64,000 bases of DNA from Leptogorgia sarmentosa (lineage: Eukaryota): the NCBI GenBank assembly GCA_964658305.1, contig OZ210885.1:23498001-23562000 (forward strand), given 5' to 3'. A program made the translations under genes and the position numbers. Below, piece by piece: positions 58,101 through 64,000 of this stretch. Every line of letters starts with the position of its first letter. The stretch's first letter is position 1. The notes beneath the pieces were generated by a model. That model saw nothing but the letters and a program-made list of their open reading frames with translations, did not search any database and was not told where the DNA came from.

Positions 58101-61100
58101 ACGTCAAGTACAAAGAGGGAATCAACGACTATGTGAGAAAGGGATTTGCGGCCAAGGTCCAAGAGCATCCCCCCAAAAGAGAATCTCTACCGAGTGATGT
58201 ATGGTACCTTCCTCACCACCCTGTTTTCCACCCCCAAAAACCACAGAAACCTCGGATAGTGTTCGACTGTGCCTCCCAATTCGAAGGAGTGTCTCTAAAC
58301 AAACGACTTCTGCGAGGCCCAGATATGACCAACAAGTTGATCGGTGTGCTGACAAGGTTCCGCGAGCAGTCCACCGCATTTATGGCTGACATAGAATCGA
58401 TGTTCTGTCAGATCAGAGTCTCTCCTGAGCAGCGAGATTACCTTAGGTTTCTGTGGTGGAAGGATGGCGATTATGAACAAGTCTTGGAGGAGTATCAAAT
58501 GCTCGTTCACCTATTTGGGGCAACATCGTCTCCCAGTTGCGCCGGATTCTGCCTATAACAAGCAGCTAGTGACTTCGAAGGCTCGTTTGATTCAGCTACG
58601 ATCGAGACTATTAGAAAGAACTTTTATGTGGACGATTGTCTGAAATCGGTACCAAGTCCATCGGAAGCAATTCAACTTATAAAGGAACTATGCCAGCTCT
58701 TGGCGAGACACTTATTCCGGCTTACCAAATTCGTCAGCAATGATAGAGAAGTTATCGAGTCTGTTCCTGAAACGGATCGTGTGAAGTCGGTGGCAAACCT
58801 CGATTTTAGCGAATTACCGATCGAAAGAGCGCTGGGAGTGCACTGGAAAGTGGATGCGCGATGCCTTCACCTTTCGAATAATCAAGAGAAGGAATGCCCC
58901 TACGCGCAGAGGGATCCTGTCAGACGTTAGCTCGATGTATGATCCATTAGGGTTTGCAGCTCCCTTCATTCTTCTGGCCAAACGTCTTCTGCAGCAGCTG
59001 TGTAAGGAGCAAATCGGATGGGACGAAGAAATTCCGCAAGAGATGTCACGATCATGGGACAATTGGTTAGAAGGTTTGCCCAAGCTGGAAGACGTTGAGG
59101 TCCCAAGGTACTTGAAATCCCACCGGCTCTCAGCGGTGATTGATGTCCAGTTACACCAATTCTCCAACGCGTCGTCGGCTGGGTATGGATGCGTGTCGTA
59201 CCTCCGTTGCAAAGATGTCAACAACAAGGTCCATTGTTCTCTCCTGATGGGAAAGTCCAGGGTGGCACCAATTAAAGCAACAACTATTCCCCGGCTCAAG
59301 CCGACGGCAGCCGTCATGGCAGCAAGGCAACATCGTCAAATTCAGCAAGAACTCGACTGGGACATGAGCACAGTTAAGTTTTGGACCAATTCGACATGTG
59401 TACTACAATACATCAACAACGAAGCTAGTCGGTTCAAGACCTTTGTCACGAACACAATTGAGGCCATCCACAGGATCTCCAAGCCATCCCAATGGTTATA
59501 TGTGAATACCGAAGCCAACCCAGCTGACTACGCCTTGAGCGCTCTACATCCTGGCGACAAGTTTGAAATCGAGCAGTGGATCAATGGTCCCGATTTCCTC
59601 TACGATGACGAAGAGAATTGGCCAGAAGTTCCAGAAGGAATAAAGTAATTGAATGAAGATCTTCTCGAGTGGAAAAGGAACGTCGATGTGTTCGAAGCTG
59701 TAGCAAATGAAGTGAAACCTCTCGACACCTTTATTCAGCATTACTCGTCGTGGTATCACCTCCTGAAGGGTGTCGCTTTGCTGATACAATTTGTTAGATT
59801 TGTTCAACACCAGCTCACAAAAATCCCGAGAGATGACGATTCCGGAGTTCTTGGTGTCCATAGTGACGTGATTGGGGCCGGAGCGCAGTTGTTGACAGTG
59901 GACGAGTTGGAGAACGCCCAAATCGAGCTAATAGGTTATGTACAACGCCAATGTTTTCCAGAAGAGATTGCCTGCTGCACAAAGTCACACACAATTCCAG
60001 TCAAGAAATCGAGTCGGCTTTCCAAATTGTCACCTTTCATGGGAAAGGAGGGGCTTCTTAGAGTTGGTGGGTATAGATAGAGCTTCGATTAGTTTCGATT
60101 CCAGACATCCCATAATCATCCCAAGCAAGCATCACGTAGTTGATCTTATCATCCGGCACTTCCACGAAAGAGATGGTCACATTGGTGCCCGTTCGGTACT
60201 CGCAGCGGTGCAGCAAGAGTTTTGGATTATTGGAGGCCACTCGCATGTTCGCTGGATCCTGGGTCGATGCATTCAATGCAGCAAGAAGTACTCGTCACCT
60301 TGCAAGCAAGTCATGGCTTCGCTTCCTACGCCCCGAGTTACGGCATTCGAAAGTCCATTTATCTCGACGGGTGTCGATTATTTTGGGTCGCTGTTAGTCA
60401 AACGAGGAAGAAGTCAAGTTAAGAGATATGGGTGCGTGTTCACGTGTAGAGCAGTTCATATCGAAGTGGCACACTCCCTCGACGCGGAATCGTCTCTTTG
60501 TGCATTCAGCCGGTTCACCGCCTGCAGAGGCGCCCCCAAAGACGTGTACAGCGACAAGGGTACGAATTTCGTCGGGGCGTTGGGGACTTTGAAGCAAGAA
60601 TTCGAGAAAATCCAATCGAACGAAGAGCAGAAGATTTACGACCGTTTAAGGATGAGCAAGATCAGATGGCATTTCAGTCCACCCCTTGCAAGCCATGCCG
60701 GAGGGGTCTGGGAGCGGATGATACGTTCCATTCGCTGAATATTAACGGCACTCATGAGCGAACAAGTTGTCGATGACGAAGCTCTTCATACATTTCTCAT
60801 GGAAACCGAAAGAATCCTGAACAATCGTCTGTTAGTGAGAAACGAAGGTGACGTCGATGATCTCGACCTGTTGACACCGAACAAATTGTTACTCCTCCGT
60901 TTTAATTCTTGCTTGCCACCTGGAGTATTCGTCTGAGCAGAAAAATACAGCAGCCATTGGAAACAAGCCCAGTTACTGACCAATTCGTTCTGGCAACGCT
61001 GGATTGCAGAGTATCTCCCTACCTTACAAGAGCGTCATAAATGGCTGAAACCCCGACGAAATTTGAGGGTCAAGGATCTGGTGTTGTTGGTGGACAAGAA

Positions 61101-61248
61101 ATCACCCCGAGGACAATGGCCAATGGAAATCTTTCCTGACGAGAACGGAAACGTTCGTGAAGTGACCATAAGAACATGCCATGCAACTTTCAGAAGAAAT
61201 GTGCAACAGTTATGTCTACTGGAGGGTGTCGAAGAGTACAAGGAATGA
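55159..61248 (+). pseudogene. BEL/Pao gag-pol, multiple frameshifts and stops
   Basis: FDGDPLQY, zinc knuckles, DEGSNTT, YLPHHPV, RIVFDC, ADIESMF, HLFGATSSP, FYVDD, FSNAS, GVDYFG, WERMIRS. Confidence 0.95.
55736..55930 (+). repeat. 15-bp coding minisatellite in gag (ERREx)
   Basis: CGTGAAG.CGAA.GG units encoding RREAERRETERREVERRE... Confidence 0.9.
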
Positions 61249-61347
61249 GTTGACGAACATGTTTAGTTATTGAACCTTAATAGTATTGTTCCTGTTTTGT
61301 TGTTTGGCCCAGATCCTGTCAGTATCGAGTAAATCGATAGGGGCCGG

Positions 61348-61684
61348 TGTTAGATCTAGGCCAGCCCGAGTGCGGGTAGGAACTCCCGGAAAACGGGTGT
61401 GAACACATGGTTTGACATTTTTAATATATGAGTGATTTACTTTGGGTGAGATTATTGCACTCGTGTTTGGCTGTATTTATTTGAGTATCTCGAAGGTCAA
61501 CAGTCAGGTACATTTAAAATTGTTTACTCAACGTTGTGTATTGTAGTCTGATCGTCGTCCGTAATTGTATTGATTGTTTGCGACTTCTGTAATGTAATAT
61601 AATGTAATGATAATTTGTTTAGAAACCACACGCGTTATAATTGAATAAAGTGCATTTCCCTGTTGACGTGTAGATGATCTAACA
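61348..61684 (+). repeat. 3' LTR
   Basis: 7 substitutions relative to the 5' LTR by eye. Confidence 0.97.
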
Positions 61685-61711
61685 GGTACTATACTTGGGC
61701 TGCAAACATGA

Positions 61712-62215
61712 TCATCTCAACGAAGCTAAGTGTATGTGCACTACATTTGTATGTAAGTCCCAGTTGGAAAGGATTTGGAGGCAGTTGCTGTATTCCTGCC
61801 TTTCATCCTGACCATCATCAGCTAAGGGATAACAATTTTCACTCAAATAGTGAAGATTTTCTTCCGATAGAGGTAGGTTTATTTGTGGTACATGAACTTG
61901 GTAATCTTCATCATCAAGTGGTGGGAATGGCCCATCAGGATCAAATCCATAGTAAGCCATGTCAACTTCAGATAAAATACTATCTACTCCGTTGTGGCCA
62001 CTGTACATGTTTTCTAGTGTGCCCTGGGTATACATTTGAAGTGGGGATAGATTTCTTTCCGTTGAAACTGGATGGTTATTCCACTGAGAAACAAACTCTT
62101 TCAAGGCTCTGTTTATTCTTGGAATGTACACAAAATGTAAGGCATATAAGTGAATTTCATTTAACAGGTCTAAAAGTTCATCCTGTTCCATCCCATAAAA
62201 AATCTAAGCTAAGTG
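61712..62215 (-). pseudogene. Second rve/IS3EU-like transposase C-terminal fragment
   Basis: HLYALHFVYIPRINRALKEFVSQWNNHPVSTERNLSPLQMY..YGFDPDGP, homologous to 20254-20694. Confidence 0.85.
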
Positions 62216-62281
62216 ACACAATACGCCCGCGTATATATCTTTATGCGTTCTTTCAACCATGCAATTGTGAACAGAGCTACC

Positions 62282-64000
62282 CGTGATAATACTGCCTCTG
62301 TCCAACCCTCTTGTTTCCTGTAAAATACGTTTATTATCTGTACATGTATATATCAGTCTTGTCAACAACAAGTCTTTCTACTCAATTTACATAATACTAA
62401 TTTACATAAACTATCATGCTAAATGTGACATCTCCCGTTCTTTTTTTCATGCATAGTTCAACTATTAAACAATTCCATGGGTGTTCAAGTCAGAACTAAG
62501 GTTTCTAAAATATTCTAACTCTACTAAATTCATCTTATACTATATATACATATATTCCTTTATACTTAACTAGATGTTCTCAATCTATCGGGAAGGTGCC
62601 CCTCGAACTCTTGTACATCTTCTCAATGGAATTCGTACTTGTTCTTCCTCTATTTCTGTACTCGGCAATATAACTGCAGAACGAACTGGTGAACGTGCGA
62701 TACTCGGCTATACCTGGACAACTTTCTTCTTCGCCGACAGGTTCCATTGGTGGTGTAATAATCACTGGGGGTTCATTAGTTGGCATTACCGGGTGTCCCA
62801 AAAAAAAGTACTCCGGTTTGATTCGTAATAACTTTTGAACAAGTGAAGCTATTAAACAAAAACAACTCACAGTAGATAGAGGGAAGACTAACTTAGATTT
62901 TGATATATTACACTTGTATTTTACTTTGATATTGACGGAGATATTAATGTTCAAAATGAAGAGCATATTTCTGGATGTGTGTAAAATATGCAAAAAATGG
63001 CGTATCGAATTAACTAAGCGTTATTCAAATAGTTCGTTTAGTTGGGGCAGGAATATTACCCCAACAACCGGGCCATCGTCTTCGAACTTCTGCTGCATTT
63101 CCACATCTTCCATGCTCCAAGCATACCCAAACTCTTTGATCTTTATTTAATCTTGACATGTTTAAAATAAAATCGGTATGAAACACAATCAAACCATAAC
63201 TCCATGCATAAGCCCCCTGGGACATCCAACATTTTGGGAAAAAATGTTTAACAAATGCTGTAATGTTAATTTGCAAAAATTCTCTAAACTATGCCTATAT
63301 CACTTACAAACCTGAGTAATAATTTATAGAATAAGTCATCCCAATGTGTGTTCAAGTTGAGCAAAGCTTGATCAATTTTGATACCGCGTTTTTGGTATAT
63401 TTTCGACACATCTGAAAGTACGCTACCGATTTTGAACACGAATATCTTCGTGAATTTTTAACTAAAATACAAGTGCAATATATCAAAATCTAAGTTAGGC
63501 TTCCCTCTATCTACTGTGAGTTGTTTTTGTTTCATAGCTTCACTCGTTCAAAAGTTGTTATGAATCAAACCGGAGTACTTTGTTTTGGGACACCCGGTAG
63601 ATGCTGGCGATTTCTGCATAACTGTGTTCCATTTGAAGTTGCCACAATGTACGAACGAGGTGATTTATGTTGTTCAACGACCACTGCTGGATTCCATACA
63701 CCTCCCTGTCGAATCCTTACTTACTTGTTTGGCTGTAAACTGGATAACTGTTTCGTTCCCTGATCATATGCTGCTTTCTGACGCAACTGACGTCCTCTCA
63801 ATCTCTGGCGAACATCGTTGATTGGTAACTTAGCTCTCAATTTTCTACTCATCAATAGTTCTGCAGGCGATTGTTCCATACCACTGATTGGAGAATTACG
63901 GAACTCCAACAAGGCTAGAAATGCATCTTGTTTCGAATCATTTGATTTTTTCAACAGACGCTTAATTGTCTGAACGTTTCTTTCCACAAGCCCATTTGAA
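62282..64000 (-). mobile_element. Ty3/Gypsy LTR retrotransposon 3' part (integrase C-terminus, PPT, probable short LTR)
   Basis: NGLVERNVQTIK..ALLEFRNSPI..SPAELLMSRKLR; WNPAVV..PRSYIV..RNRQHL. PPT AAAAAAAGAACGGGAGA then TGTCACA at 62430. Far end of the LTR uncertain. Confidence 0.85.
62789..63597 (-). mobile_element. Tc1/mariner non-autonomous element with long (about 240-bp) imperfect TIRs
   Basis: CCGGGTGTCCCAAAA..AGTACTCCGGTTTGATTC at both ends, TA TSD, and an HTH stub MSRLNKDQRVWVCLE..EVRRRWP. Confidence 0.93.

Larger units (their letters stand above)
54557..61684 (+). mobile_element. BEL/Pao LTR retrotransposon with both LTRs and TSD
   Basis: 337-bp LTRs at 54557-54893 and 61348-61684. 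5-bp TSD GGTAC. Order gag-PR-RT-RH-IN. PPT AGGGGCCGG. Confidence 0.97.

Overview
Eukaryotic, AT-rich animal genomic DNA with GT-AG introns. The TE repertoire suggests a marine invertebrate, plausibly an anthozoan cnidarian (inference only). I found no intact host gene, rRNA, tRNA or CRISPR array. The window is an almost continuous, deeply nested transposon graveyard. From left to right: an IS3EU-type element split by an unclassified TIR element and an ISL2EU element; Tc1 and hAT fragments; a TTAA-flanked CARF-like/MULE-domain transposase with SWIM, Ulp1-like protease and PHD domains, carrying a hAT insertion; a HECT E3-ligase pseudogene convergent with an rve/IS3EU-like transposase; a CR1/L2 LINE split by a 9-bp-TSD element that contains a hAT, two Kolobok-type pieces (one with a P2X7-ballast-like gene) and a Tc1/mariner derivative; two Penelope pieces with hammerhead ribozyme motifs; an Academ (XPG-like) element fused to a BEL/Pao remnant; a hAT ORF; a spliced CUE-domain gene fragment interrupted by a hairpin element; a second Kolobok; a two-LTR BEL/Pao element with TSD; and a Gypsy integrase remnant with a Tc1/mariner MITE. 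Ends with a TSD or TIR were read directly from the sequence. Family names come from motif recognition, not database searches.
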